From: Candidatus Shapirobacteria bacterium
GTDB taxonomy: Bacteria; Patescibacteriota; Microgenomatia; UBA12405
NCBI GenBank assembly: GCA_028704635.1
Contig: JAQWFB010000001.1
Span: forward strand, 133,541-197,540
Direction: 5' to 3'
DNA: 64,000 nucleotides
How positions within the stretch are numbered: position 1 is the first letter of the stretch; every line of letters starts with the position of its first letter. This document shows, piece by piece, positions 9,670-18,854 of the stretch. Under the pieces are notes generated by a model. It ran no database searches, had not been told where the DNA came from, and was given only the letters and a program-made list of their open reading frames with translations. Made by a program: the position numbers and the translations under genes.

Positions 9670-10177
9670 AAACCATAAAAATACTATCTACTGTAGCACC
9701 AACACCAACACCACATTTCAATTGAGAATCAGTATCATCATTCCCAGCACCAACCTCCAAACCAACCTCTAACCTAAAAGTATCAACATTATCATCCATA
9801 AAAGCATAACTATAACCAATACTTTTAATCGACGGCATATAAGTAGCACCTGTTGCTAAAACATCCAAACAAGGTGAAGCATCAGAACTAGAAGACCACT
9901 CTCCCGCGCTTTTACCTGGACATTTTGGATAAGATTGATTATCATTGTAATACATCCTTAATGCTGTTTTAATCGAATTCAAATCCTGCATCTTTTGAGA
10001 ATCTCTCGCCCTCTCTCTCATTCCCATAAAATTTGCTATCAATACTGCCGACAGTACTCCAATAATAGAAATCACCACCAACAACTCGATCAAACTAAAA
10101 CCAAACCTACATTCCTTTTCTTTAAGGGGAGAAACGGCAAAGCCGAAAGTGGTTTTATTTATTCGTCTCATTAACAT
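9659..10177 (-). CDS. Type IV pilin-like protein. True start is probably Met at 10177 or 10171, not the upstream extension shown in the ORF track.
   Basis: The prepilin motif RFGFSLIELLVVISIIGVLSAV..ARDSQKMQDL lies about 30 aa after MLMRRINK. The upstream part of the ORF-track reading frame overlaps the next pilin gene. Confidence 0.6.
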   Translation of the reverse strand: MLMRRINKTTFGFAVSPLKEKECRFGFSLIELLVVISIIGVLSAVLIANFMGMRERARDSQKMQDLNSIKTALRMYYNDNQSYPKCPGKSAGEWSSSSDASPCLDVLATGATYMPSIKSIGYSYAFMDDNVDTFRLEVGLEVGAGNDDTDSQLKCGVGVGATVDSIFMVCAN

Positions 10178-10594
10178 ATACAATATCAGTATAACAATAT
10201 TTAATTCCATTACACAAGAATTTATTTTCTTTACAATCAATATCGTTTTTATTTTCAAATTCAGCAGACATTTTAAAAGAAACACCATCACTTCCAACCT
10301 CATAACAATATTCTTTGTCCCCATATTTTTCTTTTGGTACCGAATTGATATATATATAACCATTATCAATAAAACTTTTTCCCCAAAGGCTATTAATTAA
10401 TTCATTGCTTGGCAACTTTCCATAATCAGCAAAATAAAACTTAATCACTTTAGAAAACTCATTTAAATCAGACCTCCTTTGTAAATCCCTTGATTTTGCC
10501 TGTGCCAAAACAAATTGTTTATAAGTTACAAAAAATAAAATTCCAATCACTAGAAATATTATTAATATTTCTACTCTTAAGACTTTTTTTTTCA
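10155..10594 (-). CDS. Atypical GspG-like pseudopilin lacking the canonical Gly at -1.
   Basis: MKKKVLRVEILIIFLVIGILF..AQAKSRDLQRRSDL. Glu sits at +5 if cleaved after KKK. GspG-like RDxxRxxDL motif. Start taken at MKKK rather than the ORF-track MVMG. Confidence 0.5.
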
Positions 10595-10611
10595 TAAACA
10601 ATTCTACTATT

Positions 10612-11262
10612 TTAGTTACACCCATCACCACAACAACTAATCTGGCATTTACTTAAACAATCACCACCAGCTAAACCACCTGGTAAAAGTTCTGGATAAA
10701 AACAACCACCACCAGCACAACCATCAACAGTACCACAACTACCACCCACACTACCTGCTAAACAATAACTAGTGTTACAACTTGGGTCTATATACTCATC
10801 ATACCATACAATATCTGAACTCGACACACCAAAATTAACACTGTTTGCAGTAAAACCAGTTAAAAGTATATCTGTTCTGGTATACCAATTTGTTGGGATA
10901 TCCTTATCCTTTTTATTTTTCAGATTAGTCAATACTCTAAATCTATCCTTTTTTTCCACAATTATCATATAAGGTTTTCCGTCCGGATCGCACGGCCATG
11001 GAGATAAATATGGCGAAAAAACAGCACTACCACAATTTGACATTTTATTCCAAGTACCAACATCCATTGGATAAGATCCCTTATCGTTTAAATATTCTTC
11101 AAACGCAACTTTAATTCTTTTTAAATCTTTTTTTCTCTGTGTATCCCTACCTTTATCTACTGTTCCAGTTGCATTAAAAATCCCAACCATAGCCATTACT
11201 AAAAAAATAACAATCGTCATCGCTATTAATATCTCTACTAAAGTAAAACCATTTCTTTTCAT
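10612..11262 (-). CDS. Type IV pilin-like protein with a Cys-rich C-terminus.
   Basis: Internal start MKRNGFTLVEILIAMTIVIFL. The C-terminal region is rich in Cys and Gly (..CAGGGCFYPE..CLSKCQISCCGDGCN). Confidence 0.65.
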   Translation of the reverse strand: MKRNGFTLVEILIAMTIVIFLVMAMVGIFNATGTVDKGRDTQRKKDLKRIKVAFEEYLNDKGSYPMDVGTWNKMSNCGSAVFSPYLSPWPCDPDGKPYMIIVEKKDRFRVLTNLKNKKDKDIPTNWYTRTDILLTGFTANSVNFGVSSSDIVWYDEYIDPSCNTSYCLAGSVGGSCGTVDGCAGGGCFYPELLPGGLAGGDCLSKCQISCCGDGCN

Positions 11263-12041
11263 AATTTTATTAATTCTACAACTTTTTCTCCCCACCACCA
11301 AGCCACCAAAATTCCTAAAATCATAAACGGACCGAAAGGAACTTGACTTTTTTTAGTAGCCTTTTTAAAAATCATTAATATTAATCCAACAATAGCTCCA
11401 ACAATAAAAGCCACATAAAAAGCTAAAATTGTTTTTGGACCACCCAAAAACAATCCCATAAATATAGCTAATTTTACATCACCCATCCCCATTCCATTAC
11501 CTTTAGTAATTAAATTTAAAATTAATAAAAATCCTGATGCTCCCAACGCAACAATTATATTCTGTAGGTACGCGCCATGGCGCGTACCTACCAACAAAAC
11601 CAAACCACACATTATTAATATCACCGTCGAAAAATCAGGCAAAATCATATACTTCAAATCAAACACTGCACTAAATACCAAAAATACAATAATCAAAAAA
11701 CCCAATCCAAATTGTAAGGGTGACTCTTGTGGTCGCCCTATAAAAACAGATATTAAAAATAAAAAACCCATCACTAATTCCACAACAGGGTAGGAGAGTG
11801 GTAATTTTTTATGACAGCATTTTGTTTTGCCTTTTAAAATTAACCAAGAAAAAACTGGAATATTTTCATACCATTTTAATTGCCTACCACAATAATCACA
11901 AAAACTTCTCTTTTCACCTTTTACTTTAAATTTCTTATTTTCCAATTTGTAATCCACAGCGGTTCGATACACCAACATGTTTACAAAACTCCCAAAACAC
12001 AACCCCAAAACAAAAACAATAACTCCAATTAAAATTTCCAT
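11259..12041 (-). CDS. pilD: Prepilin peptidase (A24 family, PilD-like).
   Basis: N-terminal TM, then CDYCGRQL...KCCHKKL tetra-Cys Zn motif. Multiple TM segments with GMGDVKL (Asp in a TM loop). Confidence 0.8.
   Translation of the reverse strand: MEILIGVIVFVLGLCFGSFVNMLVYRTAVDYKLENKKFKVKGEKRSFCDYCGRQLKWYENIPVFSWLILKGKTKCCHKKLPLSYPVVELVMGFLFLISVFIGRPQESPLQFGLGFLIIVFLVFSAVFDLKYMILPDFSTVILIMCGLVLLVGTRHGAYLQNIIVALGASGFLLILNLITKGNGMGMGDVKLAIFMGLFLGGPKTILAFYVAFIVGAIVGLILMIFKKATKKSQVPFGPFMILGILVAWWWGEKVVELIKL
11564..11591. repeat. 28-bp GC-rich perfect palindrome inserted in-frame in pilD (variant member of the GTAG..ACG-N10-CGT..CTAC family).
   Basis: GTAGGTACGCGCCATGGCGCGTACCTAC equals its own reverse complement. 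It encodes VGTRHGAYLQ inside a TM-rich region of PilD. Confidence 0.8.
11717..11739. repeat. REP-like hairpin (stem AGGGTGAC/GTCGCCCT, loop TCTTGTG) inside the pilD coding sequence.
   Basis: A near-identical 20-mer GACTCTTGTGGTCGCCCTAT recurs at 56680-56699 inside the transposase-like gene. Here it encodes IGRPQESPLQ. Confidence 0.7.
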
Positions 12042-12124
12042 AAATTATTCTAACAAAAAATTAAAGACTTCTCCTTTTTTTAAGGGGAGATGTCCCGATT
12101 CATCGGGACAGAGAGTTTTTTCGT

Positions 12125-12152
12125 CAATTAAAAACCCCGCCATCAAGCGGGG
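12125..12152 (-). terminator. Intrinsic terminator downstream of the major pilin gene. A second hairpin lies at 12092-12109.
   Basis: CCCCGC-catcaa-GCGGGG stem-loop followed by a T-run on the minus strand. An additional gtcccgat-tca-tcgggac hairpin precedes it. Confidence 0.6.
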
Positions 12153-12176
12153 TTTAATTAATCTTTTTCAAAAACT

Positions 12177-12827
12177 TTATTCAATTCTACCTTCAGGCAC
12201 ACAAAGTAAATTCGCTTTACCGGTACCCATATCAGATGCAGTACTAGCAGTCCAAACGTTAGTATTAGAACAACCTGTATCACCAGCATTCTTTAAAGAC
12301 GCCGTCCCACTCTCACTCAACGTCATACATTTTAAATTAGGGTTAACACTCCCACCAGTTGTTCTATTTGCTGTTGCCTTTGGAATATAACAAACATAAT
12401 TAGAATCTGTACCATTATGGTAAACATACATTTTATCTATTGCATCACCTGTAGCTACAAAAGGTTTTTTACCCATAAACGAAGATTTTAACTCTGAAGT
12501 TGCTATTAAAACACCACCACTAGAACCCGCACCTATAACACCAAACAAAGGACTACTACTACCAATAGCCACCACAGTTCCTTGTGCCACTGTTGTACCT
12601 ATAGAACTGTTATTCCACGGATAACCATTTTGTGAAGTATAATATCTTTCCAAAGCCCCTAAAACTTCTGCCGCATCATTTTTTTGAGCTGCGTCACGAG
12701 CTTTATTTGATTGTTCAATAGGATTAATAGTTGCCAACACAGCCACCGACAAAATTGCAATTAAAGCGATAACAATTAAAAGCTCCACTAAGGTAAAACC
12801 CCTCATCTTACTTATCTTATTTTTCAT
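12177..12827 (-). CDS. Major type IV pilin (PilA-like).
   Basis: MKNKISKMRGFTLVELLIVIALIAILSVAVLATINPIEQ. It is the first pilin after pilC and is followed by strong terminators. Confidence 0.75.
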   Translation of the reverse strand: MKNKISKMRGFTLVELLIVIALIAILSVAVLATINPIEQSNKARDAAQKNDAAEVLGALERYYTSQNGYPWNNSSIGTTVAQGTVVAIGSSSPLFGVIGAGSSGGVLIATSELKSSFMGKKPFVATGDAIDKMYVYHNGTDSNYVCYIPKATANRTTGGSVNPNLKCMTLSESGTASLKNAGDTGCSNTNVWTASTASDMGTGKANLLCVPEGRIE

Positions 12828-12905
12828 TTATTTTAATAAATATTTAATTCTAGTTAATTCATTATTCACCACTAAAATTATGATGTCAAGTTGTTGTTTT
12901 TTAAG

Positions 12906-14117
12906 TTACATACTCGATGTCAAATTGTAGATTGGCATTAAAACCGCCACTACTAAAAAAGCCACACCTATTCCCAATAAAATCATAATTATTGGCTCAA
13001 TTGCCGAAGTTAATGATTTAACTGATTGTTCTGCCTCAATCGAAAAATAATCTGATACTTTTAAAAGCACACTATCTAGCTTTCCTGTTGCTTCTCCTGT
13101 TGCCACCATCTGATTTACAATCACTGGAAAAACCCCTGTTTCTTCAAAAGAGTTGGCAATTGAAAAACCTTTTTGAACTCTTTCTGAGATTTTCAAATAC
13201 GCTCCTCTAAAAAGTTCATTTGCTGACACACTCGAAACAATCCTTAAAGCATCAACGAGTGGAATTCCTGCCGATAAAAGCATCGATAAAGTTCTAATAG
13301 TATCTGCTAAAATTGTCTTTTGGCTCATTGGCCCAAGAATTGGAATTTTTAATTTCAAAATATCTTTTTTAAATCTAAAATTAGAATTTTGATTCCCAAT
13401 TTTAAAAAACATAAAAAACCCAACAATTAAAACTGGGATTAAAAACCAAAACTTAACCATAAAATCAGATATCGCCATTAAAGCCTGGGTTGATGCTGGC
13501 ATTGTTGCATCAAAATCCTCATATAGTGTCATCATTTTAGGAATCACAAAAATCATCATTATAATAACCACTATCACCATACCTATAACAACAATTACTG
13601 GATAAATCATTGCTCCTTTGACTTTACCAGAAAACTCACTTTGTTTTTCCAAATTATCTGCTAATTTTGTCAATACTTCTTCCAAAACTCCACCTTCCTC
13701 ACCAGCCTCAATTGAAGCAATATATGCTTCACCAAAATTTTTTTTATACCTTCCTAAACCATCAGCCAAAGTATGTCCTCCTTGAACTGTTGCTAATGTA
13801 TATTCTAAAATTTCAAACATCAAACTTTTTCTATCAGATTGATTTTTTAAAAGAGATAACGCATCATTCAAAACTAGTCCAGAATTCATCATCGTCGATA
13901 ATTGCCTAGTAAAATTAGTAATTTGTTTTAAATTAATTTTTGAAAAAATCTTTTTGTATATATCATTTATAATAGAAGTACTTTCAGCAACTATCGACAA
14001 TGGTACCAATCCTCCATTTTTAATCGATTCCACAGCTGAATTTTTATCCTGCGATTCCAAAGCTCCTTTAATTGTTTTTCCACCCCAATCCTTAGCCTTA
14101 TAAAAAAATTTTGTCAT
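12906..14117 (-). CDS. pilC: Type IV pilus assembly platform protein PilC (GspF family).
   Basis: 403 aa with two GspF-like repeats and three TM segments. Sits in the pilB-pilT-pilC context. Confidence 0.85.
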   Translation of the reverse strand: MTKFFYKAKDWGGKTIKGALESQDKNSAVESIKNGGLVPLSIVAESTSIINDIYKKIFSKINLKQITNFTRQLSTMMNSGLVLNDALSLLKNQSDRKSLMFEILEYTLATVQGGHTLADGLGRYKKNFGEAYIASIEAGEEGGVLEEVLTKLADNLEKQSEFSGKVKGAMIYPVIVVIGMVIVVIIMMIFVIPKMMTLYEDFDATMPASTQALMAISDFMVKFWFLIPVLIVGFFMFFKIGNQNSNFRFKKDILKLKIPILGPMSQKTILADTIRTLSMLLSAGIPLVDALRIVSSVSANELFRGAYLKISERVQKGFSIANSFEETGVFPVIVNQMVATGEATGKLDSVLLKVSDYFSIEAEQSVKSLTSAIEPIIMILLGIGVAFLVVAVLMPIYNLTSSM

Positions 14118-15181
14118 AATTTTTGACGTCTTAATTTACTTTGTAATTCAATCGCATTAGCTGCATAAGTCATCGCTACTTCTTCCGTAACTTTTCCTTC
14201 CAAAACCAATTTTGTCATATAAGTGTCAAAACTTATCATCCCTGCATCGGAACTTGTTTGGATAATATTATCAATCATAAAAGTTTTTCCTTCTCTAATA
14301 ACATTCCTCACTGCCGGTGTGGCAATTAAAATTTCAAAAACTGGAATTCTACTGCCATCAATCGCTGGTACTAACCTCTGTGACACAATTGCTGTAATTA
14401 CTGTTGCTAATTGAACCCTAATCTGATCTTTAGATCCAGATGGAAATTGATCTACAATTCGGTCAACTGTTTGCGCCGCTGAATTTGTATGTAAGACCGA
14501 AAAAACTAAATGTCCAGTTTCTGCAATTGTCAAAGCCGAAGACGTTGATTCCAGATCTCTCATCTCACCCAAAAATACCACATTTGGATCCTGTCTTAAG
14601 CAAGACCTCAATGCCAAACTGAAACTATTAGTATCTCCACCCATTTCTCGTTGTGAAATTATTGCTTTTTCTGGTTTAATTAAATATTCTACCGGATCTT
14701 CAATTGTCACAATATGTCCACCTATACTTCTATTAATTTCTTCAAGTAGTGCTGCCACTGTGGTTGATTTTCCATGACCAGTCGGACCTGTTACCAACAC
14801 AAATCCTTGTTTATATTTAGTAAAATCTCTTAAAATATTTGGAATATTCAATTCCTCAAAAGTCGGTATTTCTGAAGAAATTAATCTCAAAGCACAAGAT
14901 GGAGTATCTTTTTGTAAATAAACATTTGCTCTAAAACGAATATCAACTGCCTCAAAGGAAAAATCTAATTCCTTTTCTTTCTTAAAAATTTCTAATTGCT
15001 TCTCAGTCAAAAGAGATAAAACCATTTCGCTTATTATTTCATTACCAACTTTTTCAAAACCAAACACATCCAAAAGTTCACCATTAACCCTAATCTTTGG
15101 CGATACATCTGAAATTAAATGAACATCTGAAGCTTTATGTTCAACTGCATACCTTAAAATTTCTTCCATTTTTGTATTCAT
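14114..15181 (-). CDS. pilT: Twitching-motility retraction ATPase PilT.
   Basis: Walker A GPTGHGKSTT, Asp box and His box. ~355 aa PilT-like size. Confidence 0.85.
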   Translation of the reverse strand: MNTKMEEILRYAVEHKASDVHLISDVSPKIRVNGELLDVFGFEKVGNEIISEMVLSLLTEKQLEIFKKEKELDFSFEAVDIRFRANVYLQKDTPSCALRLISSEIPTFEELNIPNILRDFTKYKQGFVLVTGPTGHGKSTTVAALLEEINRSIGGHIVTIEDPVEYLIKPEKAIISQREMGGDTNSFSLALRSCLRQDPNVVFLGEMRDLESTSSALTIAETGHLVFSVLHTNSAAQTVDRIVDQFPSGSKDQIRVQLATVITAIVSQRLVPAIDGSRIPVFEILIATPAVRNVIREGKTFMIDNIIQTSSDAGMISFDTYMTKLVLEGKVTEEVAMTYAANAIELQSKLRRQKL

Positions 15182-15203
15182 ATTTTTATTTTAATTTATA
15201 TTT

Positions 15204-16943
15204 TTAATATTGAGCCACTCTAATAACCTCATCCATACTTGTTACTCCCTCCAAAACTTTTACATATCCATCTTGCTTCATTGATAACATTCCTTCTTCC
15301 ATCGCCAATTTTTGGATGTCTGAAGCCGATGCCTTACTAACTATTAGTTTACTTAATTTTTCTGTAACCGGCATTACTTCATAAATAGCAATTCTTCCTA
15401 AATATCCAGTATTATTACATTTTTCACAACCCACAATTTTGGGCAACATCATTTTCTTCCCTTCCTTTTTAAATTTATCCTCAATCATGCCGTAAATTGG
15501 ACCCAAAGTTTTTTTAAGTTCTTCTAATTTATCTGGTGGTATTTCCATTTCAGTTACACAATCTTTACAAACCTTTCTTAAAACTCTTTGTCCCACCACA
15601 CAATTTAAAGACGACACTAATAAAAACGGCTCCGCTCCCATATCCAAAAGTCGCGGAGGTACACCTGAAGCATCATTCGTATGCAAGGTTGAAAATACTA
15701 AATGACCAGTCAAGGCCGCATTAATAGCCAAATCTGCCGTTTCCGAATCACGAATTTCTCCCACCATAATTATATTAGGATCTTGACGTAAAAACGATCT
15801 CAATGCCGAAGCAAAAGTCAAACCAGCTTGCACATTCACCTGAACTTGATTCACCCCTTTCATTTGATATTCCACTGGATCCTCAACTGTCACTACATTA
15901 ACCTTCGTTGTTGCCACAATATCCAAAATCGAATACAAAGTTGTTGTTTTACCTGATCCAGTTGGACCACAAATAATAATAATCCCATGAGGTCTTTGAA
16001 TCGCATCCATTAAATTTTTTAAAGCCAATCCTCTCAATCCTAAATCTGGTAAAGTTGGTACTTTTTGGGATTTTTTAAGTAAACGCATAACCACTTTTTC
16101 ACCATAAGTTGTTGGTAAAGTCGATATACGCAAATCAACATCATTGCCATCAGTTGTGAAAAAAAATCGTCCATCTTGAGGTATTCTTTTTTCATCAATT
16201 TTTAAACCAGCTAGAATTTTGATTCTTGATACCACTGCATCGTGAACATTTCTCGGTAATAAATATTTTTCCTGTAAAATTCCATCAATTCTATATCTAA
16301 TTCTCACACTGTCTTCTTGTGGTTCAATATGAACATCGGAAGCTCTTGATTTAACGGCGTATTCCAAAATTGTTGTTACTATTTTAGCCACTGGTGCTTC
16401 TACTGCCACTTTTTCTTCAGCCAATTTCATTATTTTTTCTTCATCTTTTCTTTCATCCAAAGCTCTTGTTACCTCTGAAGTAATATTTTTCTCTCTGATA
16501 TATTTTTCCTTAACAAAAGAAACAATCTGTTTTTCTAAAGCAATTGCTACACCTATTTTTAAATTTGTCTTTTTTTCTAAAAATTCAATCGTCTCCAAAT
16601 CCAAAGGATTAACCATAGCCACCGACAAAATCTTATTTTTTGTATCCAGATTGTAAGGAACTATCTTATATTTTCGAGCCACACTTTCCGGCACTAAAGT
16701 TAATGCCTCAGGCGAAAACCCGATTGTTTCCAAGTCCACAAACGGCACTCTTAAAAAATCCGCCTTTGCCTTAACAAAATCAATATCTGAAACCAATCTT
16801 AAGACCTTAATCACTTCTTCCTCTGTTTCCCCGGTTTTTAACTGTCTCAATTCGATCTCTTCTACTTTTTTCTGATCAATCAAGCCTTTTTTCAAAAGGA
16901 TTTCTCTTAAGTTCTTGTATATTTTTGAGGCAGAATCATTCAT
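15204..16943 (-). CDS. pilB: Type IV pilus assembly ATPase PilB/GspE.
   Basis: N1/N2 domains, Walker A GPTGSGKTTTLY, tetra-Cys CKDC...CEKC. Confidence 0.85.
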   Translation of the reverse strand: MNDSASKIYKNLREILLKKGLIDQKKVEEIELRQLKTGETEEEVIKVLRLVSDIDFVKAKADFLRVPFVDLETIGFSPEALTLVPESVARKYKIVPYNLDTKNKILSVAMVNPLDLETIEFLEKKTNLKIGVAIALEKQIVSFVKEKYIREKNITSEVTRALDERKDEEKIMKLAEEKVAVEAPVAKIVTTILEYAVKSRASDVHIEPQEDSVRIRYRIDGILQEKYLLPRNVHDAVVSRIKILAGLKIDEKRIPQDGRFFFTTDGNDVDLRISTLPTTYGEKVVMRLLKKSQKVPTLPDLGLRGLALKNLMDAIQRPHGIIIICGPTGSGKTTTLYSILDIVATTKVNVVTVEDPVEYQMKGVNQVQVNVQAGLTFASALRSFLRQDPNIIMVGEIRDSETADLAINAALTGHLVFSTLHTNDASGVPPRLLDMGAEPFLLVSSLNCVVGQRVLRKVCKDCVTEMEIPPDKLEELKKTLGPIYGMIEDKFKKEGKKMMLPKIVGCEKCNNTGYLGRIAIYEVMPVTEKLSKLIVSKASASDIQKLAMEEGMLSMKQDGYVKVLEGVTSMDEVIRVAQY

Positions 16944-16964
16944 AGTATATAATCATAATACGCT

Positions 16965-17603
16965 ATGAGCACCTTTCCATCAACTCTAATCATCGCTAAA
17001 AATAAAGAAACCATCGACAAAAAAATTTGTCAAATTTGTTCTAAATTAAACCATAAATTTAATCAAAATAATCCTGACATTTTATTAATTGATCAAAGTT
17101 CAGGATGGGGGATTGACCAAATCAGAAAAATTAACAATTTTCTTTCCCAAAAACCTTTTTCTCATCAAAGCAAAATTATTATTATTTTGGAAACTCAAAA
17201 TCTCAACACTGAATCCCAAAATGCCTTATTAAAAATTTTAGAAGAACCAGGTAAAGACAATTATATAATTCTCACCACTAATAAAATCAAAAGTATTTTG
17301 CCCACCATTATTTCTCGATGTTCTACTATTAAAATTTCTGAAAAATCTGATATTAAAATCAAAAAAGAAATCGACATCACCGGCAATTTAATTAAAGACT
17401 TAGCTCTTTCCGAAAAATTAGGTAAAAATAAGGAAGATATTTTACCTCTACTCGAAAATCAACTCTATTTTTACCAACAAGAATTAATTAAAAATCCAAA
17501 TCAAAAAAATATCTATCTTGTCGAAAAAATTATCAAGGCTATTCAAATGATTAACGCCAATGTCGATCCTAAAAATGCCCTTGATTACGTTTTTATAGTT
17601 TAA
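16965..17603 (+). CDS. holB: DNA polymerase III delta' subunit-like (HolB-like, short).
   Basis: Clamp-loader sensor motif IISRCSTIKI (SRC). Delta'-like length and layout, no Walker A. Confidence 0.45.
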   Translation: MSTFPSTLIIAKNKETIDKKICQICSKLNHKFNQNNPDILLIDQSSGWGIDQIRKINNFLSQKPFSHQSKIIIILETQNLNTESQNALLKILEEPGKDNYIILTTNKIKSILPTIISRCSTIKISEKSDIKIKKEIDITGNLIKDLALSEKLGKNKEDILPLLENQLYFYQQELIKNPNQKNIYLVEKIIKAIQMINANVDPKNALDYVFIV

Positions 17604-17660
17604 TCAATTTCCGCATTTTCCCCTTAATAATTTTTTTAAAAGTGTTATAATTTTAATCAG

Positions 17661-18794
17661 ATGTTTTACCCCATCTTTTCAATCAATAATCAAATTCTAA
17701 AAAATATTGGTACTATCGAAGGTGCCAAGGCTATTATTGATGAAGCCCCTCTAATTCCTGCATACGAAAAACAATTTCAACAAGAAGCCATTGTCCGCAC
17801 TGTCCATTTCGGTACTCGTATCGAAGGCAATGATTTAACTTATCAAGAGGTGGCCAAATTAGTTGAAGGTCAAAAAATTACCGCTACCGAACGCGACATC
17901 CAAGAGGTCATCAATTATCGTAACGTAGTTTCTTACTTAGAAGAACTCTGGTCGCTCTACGATGCCAACATGCCACTTCCAGAAGAAAAAACTGTTCCGG
18001 CTTTTTCCGATGGCAAAAACCGACCATTTTTTTACAGCGAAGCCATTGTCAAAAGAATTCACCAATTAACCACCGCTAAAGTTATTCCTGAAATCGATTG
18101 TGGTAAATATCGCCATCAACAAGTCGTTTTAAAAAACACTCGCACTGGCGAAATTGCTCATCGACCACCTCCAGCCATTGAAGTTCCTTACTTGATTGCC
18201 GATTTTATTGATTGGTTGAATAATCAATCTTCCCGAGAAATCCATCCCGCCATTCGCGCCGCCATTACTCAATATATTTTAGTCGCTATTCATCCATTTA
18301 TTGAAGGTAATGGTCGTGTCAGTCGTGCTTTCGCCATGTTACCTCTTTATGTTGAAGGTTACGACATTCGTCGTCTTTTTTCTCTTGAAGAATATTTCGA
18401 TCGCAATGCCGAAATTTATTACAACACTCTTCAAAGTACTCATGAACTTTCTTCTGACATTTTCAAAAGAGATTTAACTAATTGGATTAGTTATTTTACT
18501 GAAGCAGTTGCTATTGAATTATCCCGTGTTAAGACAAAAGTTCAATCACTTTCCAGAGACATCAAATTAAAACAAAAACTTGGCGGTAAACAAATTCATC
18601 TAACCGAACGACAAATTAAATTAGTCGAATATATGCAGCAATTCGGTGGGCTTCGCATGCCTGATGCTCAACAACTTCTTCCTATGGTTTCTGACGACAC
18701 CATTTGGCGTGATCTCAAAAAATTAGTCGACAGTGGAGCAGTTGAAAAACGCGGTTCCACCAAAGGCGCCTACTACTGCCTCGCCAACGCCTAA
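17661..18794 (+). CDS. Fic/DOC family protein (probable AMPylase) with C-terminal winged-HTH.
   Basis: Fic motif HPFIEGNGRVSRA, and N-terminal TRIEGNDLT resembling the auto-inhibitory (S/T)xxxE(G/N) helix. The C-terminal DDTIWRDLKKLVDSGAVEKRG is HTH-like. Confidence 0.8.
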   Translation: MFYPIFSINNQILKNIGTIEGAKAIIDEAPLIPAYEKQFQQEAIVRTVHFGTRIEGNDLTYQEVAKLVEGQKITATERDIQEVINYRNVVSYLEELWSLYDANMPLPEEKTVPAFSDGKNRPFFYSEAIVKRIHQLTTAKVIPEIDCGKYRHQQVVLKNTRTGEIAHRPPPAIEVPYLIADFIDWLNNQSSREIHPAIRAAITQYILVAIHPFIEGNGRVSRAFAMLPLYVEGYDIRRLFSLEEYFDRNAEIYYNTLQSTHELSSDIFKRDLTNWISYFTEAVAIELSRVKTKVQSLSRDIKLKQKLGGKQIHLTERQIKLVEYMQQFGGLRMPDAQQLLPMVSDDTIWRDLKKLVDSGAVEKRGSTKGAYYCLANA

Positions 18795-18854
18795 ATTTAA
18801 AACCCTTTCTTGGTACAGTTAAATTATTTTTAACTTTGAATTATAATTATATCA

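Noticed and set aside
11977-12390. 137-aa plus-strand ORF spanning the pilD start, the terminators and the major pilin 3' end.
   Set aside because: It crosses two intrinsic terminator hairpins and is antisense to well-supported pilin and pilD genes, so it is spurious.
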